Positions 35,877 to 45,108 of a stretch of 64,000 bases of DNA are shown here, in pieces. Origin of the DNA: Anaerohalosphaeraceae bacterium. Lineage in GTDB: Bacteria; Planctomycetota; Phycisphaerae; Sedimentisphaerales; Anaerohalosphaeraceae. The position numbers and the translations under genes were made by a program. The stretch lies in NCBI GenBank assembly GCA_050309605.1, contig JBNRMN010000096.1, forward strand, positions 1 to 64,000, in the 5' to 3' direction. The stretch's first letter is position 1. The number at the start of each line of letters is the position of its first letter. The notes beneath the pieces were generated by a model. It ran no database searches. It was not told the DNA's origin and saw nothing but the letters and a program-made list of their open reading frames with translations.

Positions 35877-36596
35877 ATGGAGACAACAAAGAACATGAAG
35901 CGGGAAACGACGATTGAGGCGGTGTTTGAGGAGTTTCTGGCCGAGCAGCGCAAGCGGCTCAAGCCGGCGACGGTACGCAAGTATGAGGCGGTTATCGATT
36001 TGTTCGGCCACTCGTTGAATGGCTATGCGTATCAAACCCTCAACGATCAGGAAAGCGCGTTGTTTGATGAGCGGTATGAGGCCAGCGGCAAACAGCACAA
36101 AGAGTTCTGCCAGATTTTTGGCCCGGAGAAAATTCCGGAAAATGTCAGCGAGTTTCTTAACTATTTCATGATCCGCAAGGTCATGTGCGGCAAAGAGTTG
36201 AAAAAGGCCGCCGGGACGGTGACAAAAAAGCTGAGTCAATGGCTGCTGGACAATGGGTACATCACGCCGGACAGCGCCGCCGAGATGGCCGATGTCGGGG
36301 CGGCAGCGGTTGATGAATTGCCTGCGGCCGAAGAGTTTCTGGAGTTGCTTGAGGATCACATTGATCAAACGGTCGATGCGTTTGCGTGTGAGGATGTGAT
36401 CGAAGACCAATTCTCGATAGATCGGGTCGCTCCGGGCAAACTGCGCATCAGCGGGATGATGGCAGATGCCGGTGTGACCATTACGGTTCCCAAACACGTC
36501 AGCGAGGCCTGCCGGGCGGGGTGGACTTTTTCCGGAGCCATCGGCAAAGCCGGGCGACGCTGGATGATTCTTGAAGTGTGGAATGTGTATCCATAA
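35877..36596 (+). CDS. Hypothetical protein with integrase core-binding-like N-terminal helices
   Basis: IEAVFEEFLAEQRKRLKPATVRKYEAVIDLF resembles the SAM-like/CB domain. No recombinase catalytic motifs seen. Confidence 0.65.
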   Translation: METTKNMKRETTIEAVFEEFLAEQRKRLKPATVRKYEAVIDLFGHSLNGYAYQTLNDQESALFDERYEASGKQHKEFCQIFGPEKIPENVSEFLNYFMIRKVMCGKELKKAAGTVTKKLSQWLLDNGYITPDSAAEMADVGAAAVDELPAAEEFLELLEDHIDQTVDAFACEDVIEDQFSIDRVAPGKLRISGMMADAGVTITVPKHVSEACRAGWTFSGAIGKAGRRWMILEVWNVYP

Positions 36597-36704
36597 AATG
36601 AAGGGCACCCTGCATCGGTGATGATGTACAGAAGGGTTGCCATTGAGAAACGTCGGAAGGTTCTCGTTTTATTAAAACGTTTTTTAATGATAAGGGAGGC
36701 AACA

Positions 36705-38099
36705 ATGAAACAGGTAACAGTGTTTTGTGTGGCGATGGGGGTGTGGATGGTCAGCGGTGTGTATGCCAACGTGGACGTTTTTGAGATTTGCACAGACTCT
36801 GCCAGGCAGCAGAACCCGGCCATCAGCGGACGGTATGTGGTCTGGCAGGACGAACGGGACGGAACCTTAAATCAGAACATCTACGCTTACGACCTGGAGA
36901 CGGGTACCGAATTTCCTGTCTGTACGGCTCCCGGCCATCAGCGCAATGCGGCGATCTGCGGCGATATAATCGTCTGGCAGGATCAGCGTGACGGGCGATG
37001 GGATATTTACGGCTACGATCTGAGCGTTGTCGATCCGCAGGAACGGGAGTTTGTGATCAGCAATCATGAACACAACCAGGAGTACCCCGCCGTCAGCGGT
37101 CGTTTTGTGATCTGGGGCGACCGTCGCGACGGCACACTTGATCTATATGGGTTTGATTTGCAGACGGGAGTGGAGTTTGAGATTGCCTCGCATCCGAGCG
37201 TTTCGTTGTTACAGCCGGACATCGACGGCGATTGGGTGGTCTGGTACGACAATCGCTCCGGACGTTATCAAGTTTACGCCTGCCGACTGGAGTTTCCGAT
37301 TCCGGACGGCGGCTTTGAGGTCCTTCACGTGTCCCCATCAGACGATGCCCAGGGCTTCCCGTCAGTCAGCGGCGGTCGTGTCGTCTGGCATCAGCCAAAC
37401 AGTGCCGGCGGATATGATATTGCTGGCTGCTATCTTCAAACCGGCGAGTCTTTTACGGTTCTTGAGGACGGCGACGGGCGCTATCCATCCGTCAGCGGCA
37501 CAACAGTCGTCTGGGAGGATTATCGAAGCGGCAAAGACCGAACGGATATTTTCGGGCGCGATCTGGCCGCCGGCGGCGTCTTTGAAATCAGTGCCACCGT
37601 CGCCAAACAGGCCGGTCCCGTCATCAGCGGTCAAACGATCGTCTGGCAACACAACGAGGACTTGTGGGCGGCGTATCTTCTGGAACCGACAGTGCTTACG
37701 GTGATTTGGCCCGATGGCGGACAGATGCTGTTGTCCGGCAGCGAACAGGACATCCTCTGGCAGACCGAAGGCCCGGCCCTGGAGCAGGTCAAGCTCGAGT
37801 TCTCACCGGACGACGGGGCCAATTGGCACGTGATCGAGCCGAATGTGCCGGATACCGGGGCGTATTTGTGGCAGATACCGGAGGTGGATTCGTCGGTTTG
37901 CCGGGTGCGGGTCGGCGATGTCGGCGGCAGCGGAGCAATGGGTGTTTCCGCATCGGCATTTACGATTTTTCAGTGCGATCCGGCGTTGACGGCGGACTTA
38001 AACGGCGATTGCAGGGTTGATATCGCGGATTTTGCCCTGTTTGCGGAGCAATGGATGCAGTGCGGCAATCGGTATGATCCGGACTGGTGCCGGCAGTAA
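36705..38099 (+). CDS. Secreted beta-propeller repeat protein with Ig-like domain and dockerin-like tail
   Basis: About seven Q-x-x-P-A-I-S-G-x-x-V-V-W-x-D-x-R repeats, then VIWPDGGQ..ILW..YLWQIP and DLNGDCRVDIADFALFAEQWMQC. Confidence 0.8.
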   Translation: MKQVTVFCVAMGVWMVSGVYANVDVFEICTDSARQQNPAISGRYVVWQDERDGTLNQNIYAYDLETGTEFPVCTAPGHQRNAAICGDIIVWQDQRDGRWDIYGYDLSVVDPQEREFVISNHEHNQEYPAVSGRFVIWGDRRDGTLDLYGFDLQTGVEFEIASHPSVSLLQPDIDGDWVVWYDNRSGRYQVYACRLEFPIPDGGFEVLHVSPSDDAQGFPSVSGGRVVWHQPNSAGGYDIAGCYLQTGESFTVLEDGDGRYPSVSGTTVVWEDYRSGKDRTDIFGRDLAAGGVFEISATVAKQAGPVISGQTIVWQHNEDLWAAYLLEPTVLTVIWPDGGQMLLSGSEQDILWQTEGPALEQVKLEFSPDDGANWHVIEPNVPDTGAYLWQIPEVDSSVCRVRVGDVGGSGAMGVSASAFTIFQCDPALTADLNGDCRVDIADFALFAEQWMQCGNRYDPDWCRQ

Positions 38100-38225
38100 C
38101 GGCGGCATAGACCGGTTGCATATTGAATCGGCGTAAACAGCGGCCTTTATTCCAAAACGAACCCATTGGATGCCATTTCAGTAAAAATGAGTGAGTTTTC
38201 GAGTAACGGTTCTGTAAAAACCAAA

Positions 38226-39239
38226 ATGATTTATCTCATGCTGGGCATGGTGTTCCCTGCGATGGGGGTATGGATTGTATTTTCGACCCAAACGACCTCG
38301 TTGAGCGAACAGGCCGTGATTGAACAGTTTGAACGCATTGCAGCGGCCGAGAATGTGCCGCCGGCGGAGGTTTGTTTTGCGCTCAAAGAAGACCCCAATA
38401 AAGTCATCATCCTGCTGAACGGTGAGCCTGTGGCGACTTATTGCTATGGCCCGGAACAGGCCAAGCCGTATATTGCGCCGCTGTGTTTGCCGTCGGGGCG
38501 GGCATTGACGCGGCCTGTTGACGGGCCGGCGTCGGTCGATCATCCGCATCACCAGGGGTTGTTTTTGGCCTACGGCGATGTGAACGGGGTGGATTTTTGG
38601 GGGAATCGGGGGACGTTGCCGCAGATTCGCCACGTTGGTTTTGTTGAACGGGGCGTTGATGATGCGGGGCGAACGGTAACGCTGGAGGCGGTGCTGCATT
38701 GGGTGGATCGACAGGGTGCGACGCTGCTGGAAGAACGACGAAAAATGCGTTTTTTTGGGGTTCAGGACGGTTTTTGCATCGATTTTGAGAGTCGGCTGGA
38801 GGCGGTCGAGGCGGTGCGATTCGGCGATACCAAAGAGGGGATGTTTGCGTTGCGGCTGGCCGATGATTTGCGGGAAAAAGGCGGCGGGGGACGGTTTTAC
38901 AGTGCCTCCGGAAAGCGCGGTGCGGCGGCGGTGTGGGGGACGCGGGATTCGTGGGTGTGTCTGGCGGCGGGCGAAGGCGAAGGGGGGGCGGTTCTGGTGG
39001 GTATAAAGCCGCTGGGCAACAGCCTGGGCCGTCCGTTTTTTTGGCATGTGCGTGATTATGGGCTGTTTTCCGCGAATCCGCTGGGGTGGTCGGCGTTCGG
39101 GGCAGATCGCGATGATCCGGATGGATTTGGTCGAGATGTTAGGTTGTCTGCGGGTCATGCTCTGAAAACGGGGTTTCGTGTGGTGATTTTAGAATTGAAA
39201 AATTGCCGAAATTTTGTCAAAACGCGGCAAAAAATATAA
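38226..39239 (+). CDS. DUF6807 (Pfam 'PmoA'-labelled) protein of unknown function
   Basis: KPYIAPL, DHPHHQGLF, DFW, LLEERR, FGDTKEG, WHVRDYGLFSANP. N-terminal anchor. Confidence 0.75.
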   Translation: MIYLMLGMVFPAMGVWIVFSTQTTSLSEQAVIEQFERIAAAENVPPAEVCFALKEDPNKVIILLNGEPVATYCYGPEQAKPYIAPLCLPSGRALTRPVDGPASVDHPHHQGLFLAYGDVNGVDFWGNRGTLPQIRHVGFVERGVDDAGRTVTLEAVLHWVDRQGATLLEERRKMRFFGVQDGFCIDFESRLEAVEAVRFGDTKEGMFALRLADDLREKGGGGRFYSASGKRGAAAVWGTRDSWVCLAAGEGEGGAVLVGIKPLGNSLGRPFFWHVRDYGLFSANPLGWSAFGADRDDPDGFGRDVRLSAGHALKTGFRVVILELKNCRNFVKTRQKI

Positions 39240-39298
39240 ATATTTTGTATGTTTTAGAGGTGGGGTTGGCGGTATAATCAGTCTGGATATTGGGAGAT

Positions 39299-41131
39299 AT
39301 GACAATGACGCGCTATCAGATATTCAATATCGCGGCAGTCTCTTTTATGCTCATTTTTGCCGGGGGCGTGGCGATGGTGGTCTGCTGGCCGGAGTCGCCG
39401 TCGGTAGCTGCGGCGGCGGATGCGTCAGCCGCGGCCGGTACCGATGCGCCGCCGGCGAGCGGTGATTCGGCGCGGGCCGTCTCGGCCGCGAGGCCGGAGC
39501 ACAAGGGCGCCGAGGGAGCGTTGTTGTCTGCGGATGCGGGGGGGGCTGAATGGCGTGATATTTTGGATAAGATTACTCTTTTGGATACATCGTCTTCGTC
39601 GCCGAGTCCCTCTGTGTCTGTCAATCCGGTGGCGGCCAGTCATGTCGCGGCCGGTGCGGTTTCATCGGAGTCGCTGCTGTCGTCGGCTTCGGCCTCATCG
39701 GCGGGCGATTCGACGGGGGCGGCTTCCACTTCGGGCGGGTCATCGGGACAGGGGGGTTCGTCTGGGGATTCCGGCGATGCCGGCGGGACGGCTTCGACGC
39801 CGAGCAGCGGTTCTTCGGGCGGTTCCGGGATGAGTCCGGGCAGGGCCAGGCCGGACGCTCCTGTTGAGGAAAGAGGACTCATTGAGTCAGTTTATACAAG
39901 CAACGGGGCTTTTCTGGTTGAGACGACCGGTTCGCGATTTGAATATGCGCCGGGTGAATTAAAAATTTATCAAGGATTGAACTTCCAGGATAAAGGGCTT
40001 CTTGGCACACTTACTTTTGAAAGCAACTTGCCTTTTGATAAGGTTTCTCACGATACGGAACGTGCCATTTTTCAGTCCGCCGGAAATACAATTACCGTGC
40101 GCGGCGATTCTTTACTGACGCTTGATTTTAGTTCAACGTATAATCACACCTTTGAAACAGCGTTTGCCGTACAGCATTCTCTGAAACAGAGTAATACGGT
40201 GTTGCTGGCGGGGCTGAATGGGCGATTTGAGTTGGGTTCAAGTATAATTTCAAATCTGAAGTTTGATCTTAAGGGTTCACAGGCCCTGAAACTGAATTTT
40301 AAGGGTTCGGTTACGATCAAGCCGCTTGATCGACCTATGGTTTTTTGGACTTACAATATTTATACGGATTCTCTGGATTCTCTTGAGACGGCACTGTCTT
40401 CGGGTTTGGTAACCCATGTGATTATCAAGCGTCTGCATCCTTATGATTGTGTGCTTCATCAATACGCCAAGGCGGAACCGATGCTGCCCCACGCTGTTGG
40501 TCTGTGCCGTCAGTACGAGGTTCCCGTTGTGTTGGCACGGAATTTGTGGCCTTCGTGGCGGACGCGCGATACCCGCGAAAGCACTCTGTATCGTTCGGAT
40601 TATTATATTCAGCAGATTGAGCAGTTACGGGCTGAGGCCGAGGCACTTGAGGTGGGTTTTGTCGCCCTTGATACAGAGCCTTACGGGGATTCGCCGCTGA
40701 AATCGGTGATCAAGGAACAGCGAAGTTTTTCCCGGCGGGATTTGGACATTTTGAATTCTACGATTCAAACGGTAATCGCTTCGACCGGTCAGATCGATTT
40801 TGTTTTGCCGGCCGGGAGCAACCGTGTGGACCATCCCTATAATATTATAGCACGAATGGGCCGATACCGAATTTGTGAACATACCTATTATGATGATATG
40901 TCGGTGCATCGAAATGTTAAATATCCCTATGAAATCGTTGGCGCCTGGATTGATACCAGCAAGGAGAATCCCACACACTCCCATTTACCCCTGTTTTTGG
41001 TTGATGAACTTTTTGACCGTGCCGAGATATGGGTTGCTACAGACGGGGTTTTCCTGTGGAAGGAAAGTCGCGGTCGGAACCACCACGCCCTGACATTGGC
41101 GCAGCAGTTGGTACAGTGGAGTCAAAATTAA
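39299..41131 (+). CDS. Membrane-anchored hypothetical protein with Ser/Gly/Ala-rich linker and putative TIM-barrel C-terminal domain
   Basis: N-terminal TM, a low-complexity tract of ~150 aa, and a globular C-terminus containing VALDTEPYG. Confidence 0.65.
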   Translation: MTMTRYQIFNIAAVSFMLIFAGGVAMVVCWPESPSVAAAADASAAAGTDAPPASGDSARAVSAARPEHKGAEGALLSADAGGAEWRDILDKITLLDTSSSSPSPSVSVNPVAASHVAAGAVSSESLLSSASASSAGDSTGAASTSGGSSGQGGSSGDSGDAGGTASTPSSGSSGGSGMSPGRARPDAPVEERGLIESVYTSNGAFLVETTGSRFEYAPGELKIYQGLNFQDKGLLGTLTFESNLPFDKVSHDTERAIFQSAGNTITVRGDSLLTLDFSSTYNHTFETAFAVQHSLKQSNTVLLAGLNGRFELGSSIISNLKFDLKGSQALKLNFKGSVTIKPLDRPMVFWTYNIYTDSLDSLETALSSGLVTHVIIKRLHPYDCVLHQYAKAEPMLPHAVGLCRQYEVPVVLARNLWPSWRTRDTRESTLYRSDYYIQQIEQLRAEAEALEVGFVALDTEPYGDSPLKSVIKEQRSFSRRDLDILNSTIQTVIASTGQIDFVLPAGSNRVDHPYNIIARMGRYRICEHTYYDDMSVHRNVKYPYEIVGAWIDTSKENPTHSHLPLFLVDELFDRAEIWVATDGVFLWKESRGRNHHALTLAQQLVQWSQN

Positions 41132-41212
41132 GTTATTGCATAATTTCGTTTTTCGCGACAGAATAGCAGAAGAATAACGCTAACGGATTTGTACTGAGGA
41201 AGAGACAGGATT

Positions 41213-42583
41213 ATGACAATTTTGATGCTATTGGCGTTTGCAGCATTTTTGCTGATCATAATCGCCAAGCCCAAATGGGGATCGTTTTTGATCTGGCCAA
41301 TCTTGTTTTGTTATCCTCACGGCTGGTGGGCCAGTCGGGGATTTTTGCCGTTGGGGGCCGGTGCGGATGATGTGTTTTGTATTTTTCTGTTCATCGTGGT
41401 TTTGCTCCGTCGCAATCTGATGGAAGGCGTGCCGTTTCGTTTTGGCTATGCGTTCTGGACGATTACGAGTTTTGTGATGATTGCACTGGTGGCGACGTTT
41501 TTCGGGTCGCGTCAAGCGCCTTCTTATGAACGGATCCTGTATGTCCGCGACATGCTGAAGCTGGTGATTTATTGGTGTTTATTTTATGCGATTATCCACT
41601 GTATTGATGATGAATATGACCTGCGGCGGCAATTGTTTATGTTTTCCGGTGCGGCGGTGGCCGGTGCGGTGCTGGTCATTGCGACGTATTATATGCCGTA
41701 TCGGCTGGAAGCCTTTCTGGCGCCGGTTACAGTAGAAAAAGGGATGGCGGATGTCGGCGCTCGTGCGAGCGGGGCGTTTATGAATCCCAATTCCGCTGCC
41801 GGAACGCTGGCCTGTGCGGTGGCACTGATGATTGCGTCGATGAAACTGAGCCGCCACCAATGGACAAAAATTATCAGTTATGGGTCGATTTTTGTCCTCT
41901 TTGCCGCTATTATGATGACGCGCAGCCGATCCGGTTTTTTTGCGTTGGGGATTGTTCTGGTTCTGATGGCGGTTGCAGGTCGATACAAAAAGGTTGGGTG
42001 GTCCCTGATTATTGTCGGTGTTGTGGTGGGGTTTTTCTTTGTCGGCGCGCGGGAACTGTTTCGGGAGCGGTTGGGACAGATTTACGATCCGATGGTGGGG
42101 GCCTGGGCACAAAATGTGGAAGGACGGTTTAGTACATGGAGCAGTTATTTTGAAACCGCCAGTGCTCGAGATTATCTGGTTGGACAAGGCTCAAGACGCG
42201 GAATTGTCAAGAATGCAACGGAAAGCCACAGTGCGTATGTGTCGCTGATTACGGTCTATGGGATAGGGGGCTTGGTATGGGGAGTTGTCATTCTTTTTCT
42301 GTTCCTTAGAAAATATACTCTTCTGAAGGAGTTTCCCGATCCCTTTATCCATGTGATGGCGTCGGGTTGTCTGTGGGCACTGATGATCTGGGGCCTTTAC
42401 GCGATGACAGCAGATGCGTTGAGTTCTTATTATCCACGATACGTCTTATTTTTTACGGTGGTTTTGCTGGGCAGGACGTATGCCATCGCCCAACACAAGG
42501 TTGCGGCGTATTATGCCGCTGAGGCGATGGATGAATCTGTTTATGAAGCAGGGAGGCCGATAGCAGATGTCGTTTCTTCGTAA
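41213..42583 (+). CDS. wzy: O-antigen ligase/polymerase family (Wzy-like) membrane protein
   Basis: Multi-TM with RASGAFMNPN, TRSRSG and ESHSAY. Adjacent to a flippase and glycosyltransferases. Confidence 0.78.
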   Translation: MTILMLLAFAAFLLIIIAKPKWGSFLIWPILFCYPHGWWASRGFLPLGAGADDVFCIFLFIVVLLRRNLMEGVPFRFGYAFWTITSFVMIALVATFFGSRQAPSYERILYVRDMLKLVIYWCLFYAIIHCIDDEYDLRRQLFMFSGAAVAGAVLVIATYYMPYRLEAFLAPVTVEKGMADVGARASGAFMNPNSAAGTLACAVALMIASMKLSRHQWTKIISYGSIFVLFAAIMMTRSRSGFFALGIVLVLMAVAGRYKKVGWSLIIVGVVVGFFFVGARELFRERLGQIYDPMVGAWAQNVEGRFSTWSSYFETASARDYLVGQGSRRGIVKNATESHSAYVSLITVYGIGGLVWGVVILFLFLRKYTLLKEFPDPFIHVMASGCLWALMIWGLYAMTADALSSYYPRYVLFFTVVLLGRTYAIAQHKVAAYYAAEAMDESVYEAGRPIADVVSS

Positions 42584-43886
42584 GTCGCTGCTGGTGAACA
42601 GCTCGGCGTTTGTGGGCATTCTGTTCGGCATCTTGCAGACGGTTATTGTCACGCGGGTCCTGGGGCCTGAGGGTGTGGGCAGGTACAGTCTTGTCCTGGC
42701 GGCCCTGGTTCTGGCGACGCAATTGTTCTCTTTCGGGCTGCCGCTGTCATATCTGTATTATTGCCAGAAGGATCGGGAGCGTCAGCGGACGTACTTGATG
42801 ACGACGTTTTGGCTGGTTCTTTTTTCGGGACTGGTCGGGGGGATGGGACTGTCGTTTGTGATTTATTCGCATCATGGTTATTTCGGGGCGTTTCCGTTTT
42901 GGATTTATCTGCTGGTTGCTTTCTATATTCCCGTTTCAATTGAGAGTATGGTCGGGCGGAATGATCTGATGGTGGATCTTGAGGCCCGCCGGCTGAGTGC
43001 GATGAATCTGGCGACGCATATCGGGCATGTGGTGTTTGTGGTGCTTTTTTATGCGTTCGGCCTGCTGACGGTCAACCAGGCGATTTTGAGTTTTTGTCTG
43101 ATGGGTGTGATTCGGCTTGCGATGGGTCTGGTGTGGATGCGCCGGAAGCTGGCGTTCGGTGTCAGGGTGGACCTGAAGACATCGAAAGAGATGCTGCTGA
43201 TGGGGATTCGGCAGAGCTGGGCGGATCTGGCGGTGCTGGTGAACGGCAAGATCAGTCTGCTGGTGATTCGTTATGTGCTGGATGATTTTGAACAGGTGGG
43301 GTATTTCAGCCGGGGTCAGCGGATCGCGCTGCTGGTGATTACGGCCGGTCAGGCGGTTTTGCCGATGCTGTTCAGTCGGTGGGCGGGGATCAGCGCGGAG
43401 AAGCTGCCCGAGCATGTCCAGCGTGTGCTGCGCTTCTGTTTTGCACTGGTGGTGTTGATGGCGGCGGGGCTGCTGATCTTTGGCAAGTGGATATTGGTGA
43501 TTTTGTACGGGTATGAGTTTTTGCCGGCACTGCGTCCGATGCTGATTTTGATGCCGGGGACGGGTCTGTATCTGATCAGCCGGGCGTTGATTCAGCTTTT
43601 GGGCAGCCGGGGCAGGCCGGAGATTTCGGCGGGGCTGCTGCTGGTCAGTTCGGGGCTGACGGCGGGGCTGTCGTTTGCGCTGACGCCGATTTGGTCGATT
43701 TCCGGGGCGGCTGTGGCGGAGTTGACGGGCAATGTGGTGCTTCTGGTGATGCTGCTGCTGGTCATTCGGCGACTGTTTGGTGTGCGCATCAGCAAAAGCC
43801 TGCTCATGACGCGCCATGATATGCGGGTCATCTATCAACAACTGTTTATGAGAAAAAAAACCGCCTCTGTTTCTCCAAAGGAATGA
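42567..43886 (+). CDS. wzx: Oligosaccharide flippase (Wzx-like)
   Basis: RVLGPEGVGRYSL, VGYFSRG, LYGYEFLPA and SISGAAVA, with about 12 TM helices. Confidence 0.85.
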   Translation: MSFLRKSLLVNSSAFVGILFGILQTVIVTRVLGPEGVGRYSLVLAALVLATQLFSFGLPLSYLYYCQKDRERQRTYLMTTFWLVLFSGLVGGMGLSFVIYSHHGYFGAFPFWIYLLVAFYIPVSIESMVGRNDLMVDLEARRLSAMNLATHIGHVVFVVLFYAFGLLTVNQAILSFCLMGVIRLAMGLVWMRRKLAFGVRVDLKTSKEMLLMGIRQSWADLAVLVNGKISLLVIRYVLDDFEQVGYFSRGQRIALLVITAGQAVLPMLFSRWAGISAEKLPEHVQRVLRFCFALVVLMAAGLLIFGKWILVILYGYEFLPALRPMLILMPGTGLYLISRALIQLLGSRGRPEISAGLLLVSSGLTAGLSFALTPIWSISGAAVAELTGNVVLLVMLLLVIRRLFGVRISKSLLMTRHDMRVIYQQLFMRKKTASVSPKE

Positions 43887-43893
43887 AATTGAT

Positions 43894-45108
43894 ATGCCCA
43901 CAAAGAAGCGACTTTTATTTTTTGATGTGATTACGCATTTCGGGGGCGCTCAGCGGAGTACGGTATTGCTGTGTGAGCGTCTGCGTGCGCATTACGATGT
44001 TCATATTCTGGATGCGTACGGTGTGTGTGAGCGGTATCGTGAGGCGGTGAAGGCGATTGGCGTGCCGTATGAGGTGGTTCTTCCGTCGGCCCGAAACGTT
44101 TATATCGGCCACAAGGGCCGTCTATTTCGGCGGCTGATGAAGGCGGCCGGCCAGATTCCTGAGATGTGGACGCTGAAAACCGCCCTGCGCAAGGCGATCA
44201 ACCGGCTCGGCCCGGATTTGGTCTGGACGAACAGTCCGAAGGCTTTGTTTTTTCTGAAGCTGGCCGGGGTGAGGCGGATTTGTCCGGTGGTGTTTTATGC
44301 GCGGGGGTGGTATCGGCGACAGCAGGTCTCGCCGGTGGGTCGGTGGCTGATTGGTCATGCGACGGACGGGGTGTTTACGGTCTCGGCGGCGACGGGCGAG
44401 GCGATGCGAACGTGGATCAGCCGACCGGAGCTGCTGTATGTGGTGAATAATACGGTCAACATTGAGTCGATTGATGAGGCGGCCGGGCGCCCGATTGACC
44501 CCCGGCCGAAGGGATTTGAGCGGGGTTTGAAAATTCTTGTGCCGGCGCATTTGCTGCCGACCAAGGGGCAGCATACGGCGATTGAGGCGGCGTCGCGATT
44601 AAAGGAAAAAGGGATCGATTTTGTGCTGTGGCTGGCGGGAGATACGGGTACACTGGATAAGAAGAATCTTTATTACGATCAGTTGGTTGAGATGACGGGG
44701 CGCTACGGGCTTGAGGATGCGGTAGTTTTTTTGGGGTATCGGTCGGATGTGGCGGCACTGATGAAGGCGGCGGATATGGTGGTGCTGCCGACGCACAGCG
44801 AGGGGCTGCCGCGCGTGGTGCTGGAGTCGATGCTGCTGAGGACTCCGGTGGTTGCGACGCCGGCTGGAGGGGCGGTGGATTTGATACGGGACGGTCAGAC
44901 GGGATTTTTGACGCCGTTTGAGGATGGGGCGGCGCTGGCCGAGCGGATTGAACGGCTGTATCGGGATCGGGAACTTGTCGAGCGGCTGGTCGAGGCGGCG
45001 TATCGGCGGGTGATGGAAGAATTTCATCCGGATGTTCAGATACCGCTGGTCAGTCGAGCGATTGAGGACGTTATCTCCGTGTATCATAGGAGGTGCGTAT
45101 GCGGGTGA
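43894..45108 (+). CDS. Glycosyltransferase family 4
   Basis: FGGAQRS, KGQ and SEGLPRVVLESM. Confidence 0.92.
   Translation: MPTKKRLLFFDVITHFGGAQRSTVLLCERLRAHYDVHILDAYGVCERYREAVKAIGVPYEVVLPSARNVYIGHKGRLFRRLMKAAGQIPEMWTLKTALRKAINRLGPDLVWTNSPKALFFLKLAGVRRICPVVFYARGWYRRQQVSPVGRWLIGHATDGVFTVSAATGEAMRTWISRPELLYVVNNTVNIESIDEAAGRPIDPRPKGFERGLKILVPAHLLPTKGQHTAIEAASRLKEKGIDFVLWLAGDTGTLDKKNLYYDQLVEMTGRYGLEDAVVFLGYRSDVAALMKAADMVVLPTHSEGLPRVVLESMLLRTPVVATPAGGAVDLIRDGQTGFLTPFEDGAALAERIERLYRDRELVERLVEAAYRRVMEEFHPDVQIPLVSRAIEDVISVYHRRCVCG

Noticed and set aside
35877..36596. Functional tyrosine integrase or prophage
   Set aside because: No R..HxxR..Y catalytic motifs, no phage genes and no att repeats found.
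38226..39239. Particulate methane monooxygenase subunit
   Set aside because: This is a soluble-type domain with a single anchor and no pmoB/pmoC. The family label is a misnomer.
24000..42500. Replication origin suggested by the skew change
   Set aside because: Only scattered single-mismatch DnaA-box-like words occur, inside genes (e.g. ~35433, ~41592, ~42430). There is no cluster and no dnaA/dnaN.
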